DNA of 64,000 bases from Vulcanimicrobiota bacterium (lineage in GTDB: Bacteria; Vulcanimicrobiota; Vulcanimicrobiia; Vulcanimicrobiales; Vulcanimicrobiaceae), in NCBI GenBank assembly GCA_963723515.1, contig CAVRQT010000002.1, positions 192,001 to 256,000 of the forward strand, written 5' to 3'. Below, piece after piece: positions 19,845-29,611 of this stretch. The notes under the pieces are model-generated. The model did no database searches. It worked only from the letters and a program-made list of their open reading frames with translations, and had not been told where the DNA came from. Positions within the stretch are counted from its first letter, which is position 1; the number at the start of each line of letters is the position of its first letter. Position numbers and translations under genes: made by a program.

Positions 19845-21325
19845 TATGCAGCCACGGTCCCCGTCGCGATCGCGATGATCTTCTCCGGCGTCGCCTCTTT
19901 GCGAGAGAACTCTGCTGCGATCCGGCCTTCACGAATGACAAGGATGCGATGCGACATCCCGAGCACTTCGGGCAGCTCGCTCGAGACCATGAGGATCGTG
20001 GCACCTTCGCGCACGAGCGCGACCATTAAGTGGTAGATCTCCGACTTTGAGCCGACGTCGATGCCGCGCGTTGGTTCATCGAACAAGAAAACGCTCGCAT
20101 TTGCAACGAGCCACTTGGCCAACACGACTTTCTGCTGCGTGCCGCCCGAAAGATTGCGCACGAGTTGTTCGTCGTTCGGCGTGCGGATGCGCAGCTCAGC
20201 GATGTACTTGTTGGCAACTGCTGTCTCTTTGCCGCGATCGATTAACAGCTCGCGGTTGACGAATTGGTCGAGATGCGCCAGCGTGATGTTCTCGCGCACG
20301 GTCATCCCCAATATCAATCCTTGATTCTTTCGATCTTCCGTGATGAACGCGACGCCCGCGCGAATGGCATCGCGCGGCGAATGCGCGGTTAGCCGGTGTC
20401 CGCGGATATCAACCTCGCCGCTTTGCGGCAAATCCGCCGCCGCAATGGCGCGCAACGTCTCGGTCCGGCCGGCGCCGACCAAACCCGCTAAACCTAAGAT
20501 TTCGCCTGCTCGCACATCAAAGCTGATGCCGTTGACGGCCGGACGCCGCACTAAGTCGCGAACCGAGAGCACAACGGGCGCATCAGGTTTAATCGGCGGC
20601 AACTCCGGAAAATGCGCTTCGAGCGTGCGGCCGACCATCGCCCGGATCACCGCTTCCGGCGGAAAGTCGGTCATTTTTCGGGTTTCGATCACGCGCCCGT
20701 CGCGCATGACGGTGATGCGATCCGCGATGCGAGGAAGCTCCTCGAGTCGGTGCGAGATGTAGATGATGCCGACGCCGTTGCTGCGCAACTTTTTGATCAG
20801 CGCAAAAAGGCGCTCGATTTCGTTCTCGGTTAGCGTCGCAGTCGGTTCGTCCATGACGATGATGCGTGCATGTTTGCGCAACGCCTTCGCAATCTCGACC
20901 ATCTGCTGCTGAGCGACGGAGAGCTTGCCGACCTCAACATCGAGCGGGATCGTGATGCCGAGATCAGCCAAGACCGCCGACGCCTCTTCTGTGGCCTTCT
21001 TGCGATCGAGAAAGATGCCGCGCTCCGGCTCATCTCCCAAGGTGATGTTTTCGATCGCATCCAGCGCCGGCACGAGATTGAACTCCTGGTAGATCATTCC
21101 GATGCCAAGGCGCTCCGCATCGCGCGGGTTTGCAATGTGGACCTCGTCGCCGTCGATTGAGATGCTGCCCTGATCGGCCGGCTGCGCTCCGGAGAGCACT
21201 TTCATGAGCGTCGATTTGCCCGCCCCATTTTCGCCCACGAGCGCGAGCACCTCACCAGGATAAAGTTGTAACGTCACGCCCTCGAGCGCGCGAACTCCGG
21301 GAAAGCTCTTGCCGATCTCCCGCAT
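19844..21325 (-). CDS. rbsA: Monosaccharide ABC transporter ATP-binding protein
   Basis: GENGAGKST, two NBDs, LSGGTQQKV, DEPTRGIDVG; the true start may lie about 40 nt further upstream. Confidence 0.92.
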   Translation of the reverse strand: MREIGKSFPGVRALEGVTLQLYPGEVLALVGENGAGKSTLMKVLSGAQPADQGSISIDGDEVHIANPRDAERLGIGMIYQEFNLVPALDAIENITLGDEPERGIFLDRKKATEEASAVLADLGITIPLDVEVGKLSVAQQQMVEIAKALRKHARIIVMDEPTATLTENEIERLFALIKKLRSNGVGIIYISHRLEELPRIADRITVMRDGRVIETRKMTDFPPEAVIRAMVGRTLEAHFPELPPIKPDAPVVLSVRDLVRRPAVNGISFDVRAGEILGLAGLVGAGRTETLRAIAAADLPQSGEVDIRGHRLTAHSPRDAIRAGVAFITEDRKNQGLILGMTVRENITLAHLDQFVNRELLIDRGKETAVANKYIAELRIRTPNDEQLVRNLSGGTQQKVVLAKWLVANASVFLFDEPTRGIDVGSKSEIYHLMVALVREGATILMVSSELPEVLGMSHRILVIREGRIAAEFSRKEATPEKIIAIATGTVAA

Positions 21326-21353
21326 CTCGAGAAGCGGGATCGGCGCGCCGCTG

Positions 21354-22310
21354 CTATTTGGCGTTGGCTTTGGTGTAGGTTCCGACGGTGACCGTCACTC
21401 GCGCAGGCGGCTTATGCCCGGCAAAGTAGTCGTGAATCGCCTCGACCGTCCGCGCGCCGATCTGTGCCGGATATTGGATCGCATCGCCGTACATGTCGCC
21501 GGCTTTGATGGCGGCTTGGGCCTCCGGGGTCGCATCGTATCCGATTACGACGAGGCCGCTCGCATTTGCGGCCTTGATCGCAGCGACGGCGCCCAGCGCC
21601 GAGTCATCGTTGATGCCGAAAATTCCCTTCAGATTCTTGTGCGATTGCAACACGTCGCCCACTGTCGAATTGGCTTTTTGACGATCGCCGCCGGCGTCGA
21701 GATCTGCAACGATCGTCACATTGGGACACGCCTGCTTAAGCGCCATCCGAAAGCCTTTGACGCGATCTTGAACGCTAGTGACTTCCGGTTCATCGATGAT
21801 CGCGACGGTGCCGACTTTTCCGGGCAGCGCTTGGCACATCAGCTTTCCTGCCTGCTCGCCGCCCTGCACGTTGTCAGAAGCGATATGCGCGACGACCGTG
21901 CCTTGCTTCGCCGTGCTCGCTATATCCGCGGTAAAGACCGGGATGTTCGCGTTGTTCGCCTCCACGATCGCGCTTCCGATCGCCTGTGAGTCATACGGCG
22001 TCAGGACGATCGCATCGACCTTCTTCGAGATAAAATCTTCAACTTGCGACTGCTGTCGTTCGTTGTCCCGATTCGCGTCGACCACGATCAACTTATAGCC
22101 GTACTTATTGGCGGCCGTCGCCATGCCGTCTTCCATATCTTTGTAGAACTGCGCCTCACGGTTCTGAATGGAAATGCCGATCGTCTTGGTCGCATTTGAC
22201 GGTCCAGTAACATTCGCGCCGGATGACGCTGATGAGGATGATTTGTTCGAACATCCGGCAAGCGCGATTGCGACGATCGCAGCGCCAACGAAAAAACGGG
22301 TGTAGCCCAA
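21354..22310 (-). CDS. Sugar ABC transporter substrate-binding lipoprotein (RbsB-like)
   Basis: GGAGGA RBS then TTG at 22310; lipobox LAGC; IASDNVQGG, GINDDSALG, IGYDA. Confidence 0.9.
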   Translation of the reverse strand: MGYTRFFVGAAIVAIALAGCSNKSSSSASSGANVTGPSNATKTIGISIQNREAQFYKDMEDGMATAANKYGYKLIVVDANRDNERQQSQVEDFISKKVDAIVLTPYDSQAIGSAIVEANNANIPVFTADIASTAKQGTVVAHIASDNVQGGEQAGKLMCQALPGKVGTVAIIDEPEVTSVQDRVKGFRMALKQACPNVTIVADLDAGGDRQKANSTVGDVLQSHKNLKGIFGINDDSALGAVAAIKAANASGLVVIGYDATPEAQAAIKAGDMYGDAIQYPAQIGARTVEAIHDYFAGHKPPARVTVTVGTYTKANAK

Positions 22311-22363
22311 CGTGAAGTCCTCCGCTCTAGCAGAACGCTGACTACGAGCGTGTAGTCCGCTAT

Positions 22364-22624
22364 CCTTTATGTAGCGACGCACTTTGCGCGTCGCTCGGCG
22401 TTTCGCCATCGCTTCCGCCACGATGCGGCGGAAACGCGGCTCCACGCCCCCGCCCAAACTATCGCGGGCGGGTCCCTTTATGTAGCGACGCACTTTGCGC
22501 GTCGCTCGGCGTTTCGCCATCGCTTCCGCCACGATGCGGCGGAAACGCGGCTCCACGCCCCCGCCCAAACTATCGCGGGCGGGTCCCTTTATGTAGCGAC
22601 GCACTTTGCGCGTCGCTCGGCGTT
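22364..22624 (+). repeat. Tri-hairpin element, locus B: exact 111-bp tandem repeat (about 2.35 units)
   Basis: Units start at 22364, 22475 and 22586; hairpins AGCGACGC-actttgc-GCGTCGCT, TTCCGCC-acgatgc-GGCGGAA and CCCGCCC-aaactatcgc-GGGCGGG. Confidence 0.95.
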
Positions 22625-22671
22625 CGGCCTTCGGACTTGCCTGCGCGAAGCCAATGCGCAGATGTAGCGAT

Positions 22672-24207
22672 ATGCTCTCACTCGCCTTCTCTGCGGCGAT
22701 GCAAGGAATCGAAGGGTACGTCGTGCGGGTCGAAGCCGACAGCTCACCCGGTTCGCCCGTCTTGACGATCATCGGACTTCCCGACCGAGCGCTGAACGAG
22801 GCGCGCGAACGCGTCCGCTCGGCGATTTTCAATTCCGGCTTCGCATATCCGGCCGGACGATTGCTGATCAACCTCTCGCCGGCCGACATTCGCAAGGAAG
22901 GACCGGCGTTCGATCTTCCGATCGCACTGGCGCTCTTAGCGATCGACGAGCAGATCGACCGTTTGCAGTTGCAAGAATTCGCGGCGCTCGGAGAACTCGC
23001 GCTCGATGGAAACCTTCAACCGGTCAACGGCATTCTCCCGATGGTCTTGGGCGCGCGCAACGCGGGATTCACAAAACTGATCGTTCCACGCGGGAACGCG
23101 GATGAGGCGGCGCTGGTCGATGCGATCGAACTATACGCCGTCGATTCGCTGCAGTCGGCCGTTGCGACGGTAATCGGCAACGGCGCGCAATGGAGAATCG
23201 CAACGAAGCGCGTTGCGCCGCTTGAGTGCGAAACCGCCGGCGCGGATTTCGCCGACGTTCGCGGACAGCACGGCGCCAAGCGCGCGCTCGAGATCGCCGC
23301 AGCAGGCGGTCACAATGTGCTCTTCGTTGGTCCACCCGGATGCGGTAAGACGATGCTGGCGCGCCGTCTGCCTTCGATCCTTCCGCCGATGACCAACGAT
23401 GAAGCGCTGGAAGTTACGAAGATCTACAGCGTTGCCGGACTGCTCGGCACGACGCCGGGCATCGTCCGCGCGCGGCCGTTCCGATTTCCGCATCATACGA
23501 TTAGCCAAACAGCGTTGGTGGGCGGCGGTTCGATCGCGAAGCCGGGCGAGATCTCTCTGGCGCACCATGGGGTGCTCTTTCTCGACGAACTCCCCGAGTT
23601 TAACCGAGCGTCAATTGAAGTGATGCGGCAACCGCTCGAGGAGAGAAGCGTTACGATCGCGCGTGCGGCCGGCACGTTCACGTACCCCGCGTCTTTTATG
23701 CTCGTTGCCTCGATGAATCCGTGCCCATGCGGTTATCGTGGGACGCGGTCGGCGGAGTGCCGTTGCGACGAAAACGCGGTCGCCAAATACGTCGCAAAAT
23801 TATCCGGCCCATTGCTCGACCGGATCGACCTCCAGATCGAGATCCGGCGCGTACCGTTCGATGAAATGGTCAAGCAGCAACCCGCAGAATCGAGCGCGAC
23901 CATTAGGCAACGCGTCGAGCACGCGAGGCGCAAGCAACAATCGCGCCTCCAAGAGAGCGGGTATTTCTGCAACGCCGACATTCCGGCGCATGCAGTCCGC
24001 GCATTTTGCCGTTTGGACGATAGCGCTATGCGACTTCTCGCGGCTGCCTGTGCGCGACGCCATTTCTCCGCCCGCGCGCTAGACCGCATAGCCCGCGTCG
24101 CACGCACGATCGCCGATCTCGCGGAGTGCGCGGAGATTGCAACACAGCACGTCGCGGAGGCGGTCCAATACCGTTCTCTAGAACGGCTGGACGCTCGCGC
24201 AGCCTAG
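22672..24207 (+). CDS. comM: YifB/ComM-family Mg-chelatase-like AAA+ ATPase
   Basis: GLPDRALNEARERVRSAI, NLSPADIRKEG, GPPGCGKT, HHGVLFLDELPEF, MNPCPCG. Confidence 0.93.
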   Translation: MLSLAFSAAMQGIEGYVVRVEADSSPGSPVLTIIGLPDRALNEARERVRSAIFNSGFAYPAGRLLINLSPADIRKEGPAFDLPIALALLAIDEQIDRLQLQEFAALGELALDGNLQPVNGILPMVLGARNAGFTKLIVPRGNADEAALVDAIELYAVDSLQSAVATVIGNGAQWRIATKRVAPLECETAGADFADVRGQHGAKRALEIAAAGGHNVLFVGPPGCGKTMLARRLPSILPPMTNDEALEVTKIYSVAGLLGTTPGIVRARPFRFPHHTISQTALVGGGSIAKPGEISLAHHGVLFLDELPEFNRASIEVMRQPLEERSVTIARAAGTFTYPASFMLVASMNPCPCGYRGTRSAECRCDENAVAKYVAKLSGPLLDRIDLQIEIRRVPFDEMVKQQPAESSATIRQRVEHARRKQQSRLQESGYFCNADIPAHAVRAFCRLDDSAMRLLAAACARRHFSARALDRIARVARTIADLAECAEIATQHVAEAVQYRSLERLDARAA

Positions 24208-24273
24208 CAGGATTCTCATGCTCCCTTCATAGGCTCAGGATGAGTTCGGCCGCATTGCGAAAATCTGCCAAAC

Positions 24274-26655
24274 GTGCGCGGCCTTTTTTTTGTTTGCGGC
24301 CTCTTGATTGCGCTGTTATGCATCAGCGCGCAGCCGGCCACTGCCCAGGACGCCGCAGGCTCGACGTCTGTTTCCGGTAGAGTCTTATCGGCGCAGGCGT
24401 CTCCTGTTGCAGATGCACAGCTCGTCTTTGCCGACAATGGTTCAATCACACGCGTCGTTACTGGACGAGACGGTGGCTTTTCAACTGCGCTCGCTCCAGG
24501 CACCTATCGCTTATCTGTATCAGCGACGGGCTTTCGTCAAATCGTCCGCGACCTCACCGTTGGATCAAGCCCGCTGGCGCTCAATCTCGAGCTGTCACCG
24601 GCGTCAGGATCGTTGATTGAAATCGGACGCGTCGGCGTCAATAGCACGACGACACTCTCAACGTCTTCGAATGTAACGGTGGAACTGAATCCTCAGGCCG
24701 CGGCACAGCGCGGCGTCGAGAGCGTCGCCGATATTGTGTCAGGCGAAATTGGTGTCACCGCCGTGCGACCCAGCGGGGGTGCACCGACGCTCCCTTTCGC
24801 CGTCGCGCTTCGCGGGCCGGATCCGACTGAAACCCTGATCGATATCGACGGACATGAGGTCAACAACTCAAATACCGGCGATTTCGACCTCTCGCTGTTG
24901 GATCCGAACGACCTCTCGGGAATCGAACTGCTTTACGGTATCGCGCCGTCGTCGCTGCTCGGCCCGAATACGATTGGTGGCGCCATCAATTTGCGGACCC
25001 TCGACCCGACGACGGAACCTCACGGACTGCTGCGCACCAGCGTCGGAAGCTACAACACGTTTGCTTCAACGCTCGAAGCGACGGGAACGCACGATCGCCT
25101 GGGCTACGCCTTTTCGCTGCATCGTTTCACGAGTCAAGGCGAATTGCACAATCGAACGATTCTCTCCAGCGATGATGATGGAAACCTTACGCCGGTTGTC
25201 GTTAGCAGTGATGCAACGGCGGCTTCAGCGTTCGCAAAGCTCCGCTATGGTTTCGGCGGCGGCGCATTCCTGCAGTTCACCGCACGAGATCAATCCTCAA
25301 ACCGCGATCAATCCGCGGGGCTGAGCGTGCAAAACGACGACGGGACGTTCACAGCGTTTCCGGGCGCAACGGTGAGCGGACACAACACGGCCTACGGGCT
25401 CGATTTTTACACGCCATTGGGTCCACGTAACGACGCAGGAGGACGCGGTTCAACGCTGCTGGTTCGGCATTACAACACGATCGCAAATCAGTCGGTCAAT
25501 GGACCAATCGCAGACAACGGTTCGGCCTACTTTTTCAATGACCGGGACTTGATCGTCGAAGACTCGCTCGAATACAATCGGTATCTTCAAAACGGCGGCC
25601 TAACGTTCAAAGCGGACATTCGCACTGAACGCTTGACGGAACCGTTCGCCTCGCTCTCCTCCGGCGGTGCCATCGACGAATCCGGCGTCGCGCCGTCAGC
25701 GGAACCGGCCGACGCACAAGAAGACGGACCTGTCCCGATCACAAAAAGCGCCGTCGGGCGCTCTTTCGCATTGCGTTACTCGACCGAAGCATTGCGCAAC
25801 GTCGAGCTGACGCTGGCTACGTATTACAGCCAGTTTTCACAGTTCGGCAGCTCGCTGGATCCCCGTCTCGGCGTTGTGTGGACACCAACGCGTCGCAGCG
25901 TCTTGCGAGCCTCGGTCGGATCGACATTCCAGGCGCCTGAGCTGACGGAGCTCTTCGTCCCAAATCCGCTGCCTACGCCGCCCCCCGATGGTTTCGTCTC
26001 GATCGGCAATCCGAATTTGACCGCGGAACACGCGACTGAGTACCAGCTTGGATACGAGCATCTTTTCGGATCGGAGAATGCGCCCTCGCGTGCGTCCATC
26101 GATCTTTATCAGACGAATTTGCACAATGCAATCGCTCCTTTTTTCTCCCCATCCGGTTACATTTATCCGATCAACACTGCCAGTGTAATTTATCGCGGTT
26201 TCGAGTTTCGATTCGACCACAGCCTTGGATCGCAGCTGCACCTGACCGGCGGATACAGCACCAACAGCGCCTTCCCGATCTCTCTTCCAGCGAAGGTCGG
26301 CGACGGATCGCTCGTCGCCGGGCAACAATTTCTCGGAACGCCGCTGCATCGTGCCGATCTCGGCCTGCGCGGAGACGCGGCTCACGGCTTCTCATTCAAC
26401 GTCGGCGCGTACTACGAAAGCGCTAACAACGAACTAAATCGGCCGCCTTTCGCGACCGTGCGGGCCAGCATCACCGCGCGGCGTGGACCGTTCCTCTTCA
26501 CGCTTGCCGGCACGAATCTTACGAACGCCTACGCGGACGGCTTCACGCGCGATGGCGCCGGTCTGTCCTATGCGGGAGCCGAGGGACCAATCGCAACGCC
26601 CGCGTTCGCGTTGCCGGCACGGCAGATTATCTTTTCAATTACGCGAACGTACTAG
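24274..26655 (+). CDS. TonB-dependent outer-membrane receptor with N-terminal carboxypeptidase-like domain
   Basis: Signal peptide, GTYRLSVSATGF, plug motif LLGPNTIGGAINL, DPRLG, GNPNLTAE, terminal aromatic residue. Confidence 0.9.
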   Translation: MRGLFFVCGLLIALLCISAQPATAQDAAGSTSVSGRVLSAQASPVADAQLVFADNGSITRVVTGRDGGFSTALAPGTYRLSVSATGFRQIVRDLTVGSSPLALNLELSPASGSLIEIGRVGVNSTTTLSTSSNVTVELNPQAAAQRGVESVADIVSGEIGVTAVRPSGGAPTLPFAVALRGPDPTETLIDIDGHEVNNSNTGDFDLSLLDPNDLSGIELLYGIAPSSLLGPNTIGGAINLRTLDPTTEPHGLLRTSVGSYNTFASTLEATGTHDRLGYAFSLHRFTSQGELHNRTILSSDDDGNLTPVVVSSDATAASAFAKLRYGFGGGAFLQFTARDQSSNRDQSAGLSVQNDDGTFTAFPGATVSGHNTAYGLDFYTPLGPRNDAGGRGSTLLVRHYNTIANQSVNGPIADNGSAYFFNDRDLIVEDSLEYNRYLQNGGLTFKADIRTERLTEPFASLSSGGAIDESGVAPSAEPADAQEDGPVPITKSAVGRSFALRYSTEALRNVELTLATYYSQFSQFGSSLDPRLGVVWTPTRRSVLRASVGSTFQAPELTELFVPNPLPTPPPDGFVSIGNPNLTAEHATEYQLGYEHLFGSENAPSRASIDLYQTNLHNAIAPFFSPSGYIYPINTASVIYRGFEFRFDHSLGSQLHLTGGYSTNSAFPISLPAKVGDGSLVAGQQFLGTPLHRADLGLRGDAAHGFSFNVGAYYESANNELNRPPFATVRASITARRGPFLFTLAGTNLTNAYADGFTRDGAGLSYAGAEGPIATPAFALPARQIIFSITRTY

Positions 26656-27491
26656 CGGTTAAGTTGCGGCACGGAAGCACCGCTCAAAAATATCGGCAAC
26701 TGCGAAATCGAAAACTGCACGCCGCTGTAAAACGGCCCGAACGCGGCGTATTTGGCGCTCGCTTCATCGAAGCGCATCTCGTACACGAGCTTCTTGAAGA
26801 TCAGCGGATCGTCGGCATACAAATCGACGCCCCACTCCCAATCGTCGTGTCCGATGGCGCCCGAGATCACTTGAGTGACCAGCCCGTGAAACGTTCGGCC
26901 GATCTTCCCGTGCTCAACCATCATCCGAGCGCGCTCAGCATACGGTAGCGCGTACCAGTTGATGCTTTCGCCGCGCTTCTTATCCATCGGGTAAAAACTG
27001 ACGTAGCGTCGCGCCGGGATCTTCCCCCATAATCGCTCCGCGTTGCGCGAATTGCTCGCTTGCTGACTCAACTTTTGATCGAAGGCCGCGTTCCATTCCG
27101 CCGAATGCGGCTTCAAATCTGCGGCTTGCAGTTCATCGTGAATTTTCGCCGTCGCATCATAGAGACCGAGCTCCAAGACGGACGTGAACGACTCACGCGG
27201 TACGAGATGGTCGGTCAGCGCAAGCCGATCGAACGCACTTTGCGCGTGAGCGAGACCGTCAAATGCGCGCGCATAGTGCGTGACCATCAGATCCGCCTTA
27301 TGTCCGATGATTTGTGCCAGCCCAACGTCGCCATCTTTGGACTTCAGCGAATCGAGCTGCTCGACGGCTTCATCGCAATCGCGGGCGCGCTTCTTCTCGG
27401 CAAGCGCCACGAAACCGCGACGATCGAATGAAAACATCCGGTGCAGAATCCACCAGCCCTCGAGCGATTCGGGAACGTTGGGGTTGCGCAT
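26652..27491 (-). CDS. chdC: Coproheme decarboxylase (HemQ/ChdC)
   Basis: EGWWILH, GHKADL, FYPMDKKR..NWYALP, MMVEHG, DDWEWGV, MRFDEASAKY; ATG at 27491 overlaps the panE TAA. Confidence 0.88.
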   Translation of the reverse strand: MRNPNVPESLEGWWILHRMFSFDRRGFVALAEKKRARDCDEAVEQLDSLKSKDGDVGLAQIIGHKADLMVTHYARAFDGLAHAQSAFDRLALTDHLVPRESFTSVLELGLYDATAKIHDELQAADLKPHSAEWNAAFDQKLSQQASNSRNAERLWGKIPARRYVSFYPMDKKRGESINWYALPYAERARMMVEHGKIGRTFHGLVTQVISGAIGHDDWEWGVDLYADDPLIFKKLVYEMRFDEASAKYAAFGPFYSGVQFSISQLPIFLSGASVPQLNR

Positions 27492-28466
27492 TATACTTTC
27501 GAGAGCGCTCGGACGCGCCGAACTTCCGCGTTGACTTCCGCCGCCAAGGCGTCGGGCTGCTCCCGATATTTTGCCCACAGTTGCGGCATGTGCGCGATAT
27601 CGCTGAGCACGCGAGCGAAGATCGCGTTGACCGGCGTATTAACGCCAACCTCGCGCCCGGCGTTTGCGACGGCGCCGTTTAGCGCGTCAACTTCCGTTGA
27701 CGCCTTGTTGGCGCGCAAGTCAACGAGCAAGGAAGGCGATTTGCGCCCGCGAGCGCCGGCGATCCGTCCCGCGAGCAAGGTTCGGGCAACCGGACTCGGC
27801 AAGGTCGCGATCCGCTGCAAAATGCGCACCGGGTAGCGCGGCAAATCGATCGCTTGCAGCCCCATCCTCTGCATGACGGCGCGCGTCTCGCGGATCGCAC
27901 GAATTTCAAGCGTGAAGACTTGGTCGTAATGCACCAAGCGATTCGGCAAGACGTTGAGGATCGCGCAGCTTGCGTTCGCAACGCTGTTCAAGGCCAGCTT
28001 CGACCATTTCAGCGAACGCCAGTCATCGACGATCTTCACGTCAAGTCCGGTGCTTCCAAAGGCCGCCCAGAGCCAATTGAATGCCGTCTTGCCGCACGGC
28101 GCAAAAGCCAGACCACCCTCTTTGGTCGCCTGGACGGTACCCGGCCCGTTGCGCTCGATCGGAACCGTTAGCGCCGCCGCAACGACGTTGTCCGCGCCAA
28201 AGGCGGCGCTCAGCTTCTCCTCGTTGCCGATGCCGTTTTGCGGCGAGACGAAGACCGTTTTCTCCGGATATTCGATTGCGGCGCGCAGCGTTTCGATCGC
28301 TCCATCGGTGTCATAAGACTTGACTGCGACGATCGCGACATCGGGATCGACGCGGGGCGACGGCATCGGTCGAGCGAGGCGCAAACGTGACATCGACATT
28401 GATCGACCGCAGCAAATCACCGAGGTACGTGCCGACAGCTCCCTGTCCAACGATGTAGACATTCAT
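27491..28466 (-). CDS. panE: 2-dehydropantoate 2-reductase (apparent frameshift near the 5' end)
   Basis: The frame from ATG 28466 reads [16 protein letters not shown]; then [33 protein letters not shown]. Confidence 0.88.
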
Positions 28467-28918
28467 GGCGAAAGTCCGGTGCTGCCGAATCCGCCTTCTT
28501 GGCGCGCGGTTTTGCTCAGCGACTCAACGATCTCGAACGACGCGCGCGCGACGGGAGCGATAATCATCTGTGCAACGCGATCCCCGCGCCGAATGCGAAA
28601 CGGTTCGCTTCCAAAGTTCGCCACGATCAAGTTGACCGGACCGCGGTAATCGGCATCAATTGTGCCCGGCGTATTGAGCAAGGTGACACCACTGCGCAAT
28701 GCCAGACCACTGCGCGGACGAATTTGCGCTTCGTAACCGGCCGGCAGCGCGATGCAAAAACCGGCTGGAATCAACGCGCGCGCGCCTGGCAATAATGTCA
28801 CTTCTTCGCTAATCGCTGCGCAAAGATCGGCGCCGGCTGCGTGCTCGCTCATGTAGGTGGGCATCGGCAAGCCCTCGCCTTCGGGCAGCCGCCGAATCTG
28901 GATTGCGATCTTGCGCAT
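28463..28918 (-). CDS. dut: dUTP diphosphatase
   Basis: [37 protein letters not shown]. Confidence 0.97.
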   Translation of the reverse strand: MRKIAIQIRRLPEGEGLPMPTYMSEHAAGADLCAAISEEVTLLPGARALIPAGFCIALPAGYEAQIRPRSGLALRSGVTLLNTPGTIDADYRGPVNLIVANFGSEPFRIRRGDRVAQMIIAPVARASFEIVESLSKTARQEGGFGSTGLSP

Positions 28919-28927
28919 TAGCGGGGC

Positions 28928-29380
28928 TTACTTTGAAAGCAGCGTTGCGAGCTCTTCTTGAAAACTCTCGACGTCGCGGAAGGAACGATAGACGCTTGCG
29001 AAACGGATGTACGCGACTTTGTCGAGTTTCTTGAGCGCCTCCATGAGCTTCTCACCGATCATCGCGGCCGGCACTTCGCTTTCGCCACGCGAGAAGAGAT
29101 CGCGCTCTAAGTCCGCGGCGACCGCTTCCATTTGATGCTCTGAAACCGGCCGTTTTTCGCAGGCGCGGCGCAGGCCGCTCAGGATCTTTTCGCGATTGAA
29201 TTGCTCGCGACGGCTGTCTTTCTTGACGACGAAGAGGCGCGGTGCTTCCATGCGCTCGTAGGTGGTGAAGCGGTGCTTGCAGCGTGCGTCGAGGCATTCG
29301 CGTCGTCGCCGGACGACCGTCTCGTCGTCGCGGGAATCGACGACGCGGGTCTCGCTCTTACGGCAAGTCGGACAGATCAG
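28928..29380 (-). CDS. nrdR: Transcriptional repressor NrdR (probable CTG start)
   Basis: CPTC..VVDSR..RRRREC..C..RFTTYE zinc ribbon plus ATP cone; AYIRFASVY. Confidence 0.96.
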   Translation of the reverse strand: MICPTCRKSETRVVDSRDDETVVRRRRECLDARCKHRFTTYERMEAPRLFVVKKDSRREQFNREKILSGLRRACEKRPVSEHQMEAVAADLERDLFSRGESEVPAAMIGEKLMEALKKLDKVAYIRFASVYRSFRDVESFQEELATLLSK

Positions 29381-29402
29381 CGGCAGCCCCTTAAATGAAG
29401 AA

Positions 29403-29456
29403 GACCCACATGTTGTGGGTCCTCTCATTATAAGACACAAGTTATAGACGGAGCAA
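29403..29456 (-). promoter_or_regulatory. nrdR promoter with two NrdR boxes
   Basis: Boxes at 29403-29418 and 29435-29450 (32 bp apart) flank minus-strand TATAAT (29432-29427). Confidence 0.7.
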
Positions 29457-29461
29457 ACTGA

Positions 29462-29611
29462 CTATGCCGCGGCTCCGATCTTGAACATCTTCGTGCCGCA
29501 GACCGGGCACTTACCCTCGGTCGCCGGCCGGCCGTTTTTCATCGTGATTTGCACCGCGTCTTTCATTTCACGCTTGGTCTTGCACTTCACGCAGTACGCT
29601 TGAGCTGCCAC
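29462..29611 (-). CDS. Small zinc-ribbon protein (DUF5679-like), 49 aa
   Basis: Not in the track. MAAQAYCVKCKTKREMKDAVQITMKNGRPATEGKCPVCGTKMFKIGAAA; GGAGG RBS. Confidence 0.88.
   Translation of the reverse strand: MAAQAYCVKCKTKREMKDAVQITMKNGRPATEGKCPVCGTKMFKIGAAA

Noticed and set aside
22364..22624. Tandem repeat as a CRISPR array
   Set aside because: The sequence between the recurring 39-bp segments is identical rather than unique spacers, and no cas genes are present in the window.
22311..22895. Long repeated N-terminal extension of the sugar-binding protein (ORF 21354-22895) and upstream extension of comM
   Set aside because: The frame stays open only because the 111-bp repeat is a multiple of three and lacks stops. 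The RBS, TTG and lipoprotein signal at 22310 mark the real start.
22672..24207. Mg-chelatase subunit implying phototrophy
   Set aside because: The domain layout (Lon-like N-terminus, MNPCPCG) is that of YifB/ComM; there are no bch genes in the window.
24208..24273. Cobalamin or TPP riboswitch ahead of the TonB receptor
   Set aside because: The gap is only about 65 nt and lacks the conserved motifs.
26652..27491. Chlorite dismutase
   Set aside because: The YPM-K and WY motifs and a Gln at the apparent distal position (LVTQVI) fit ChdC/HemQ; there is no signal peptide.
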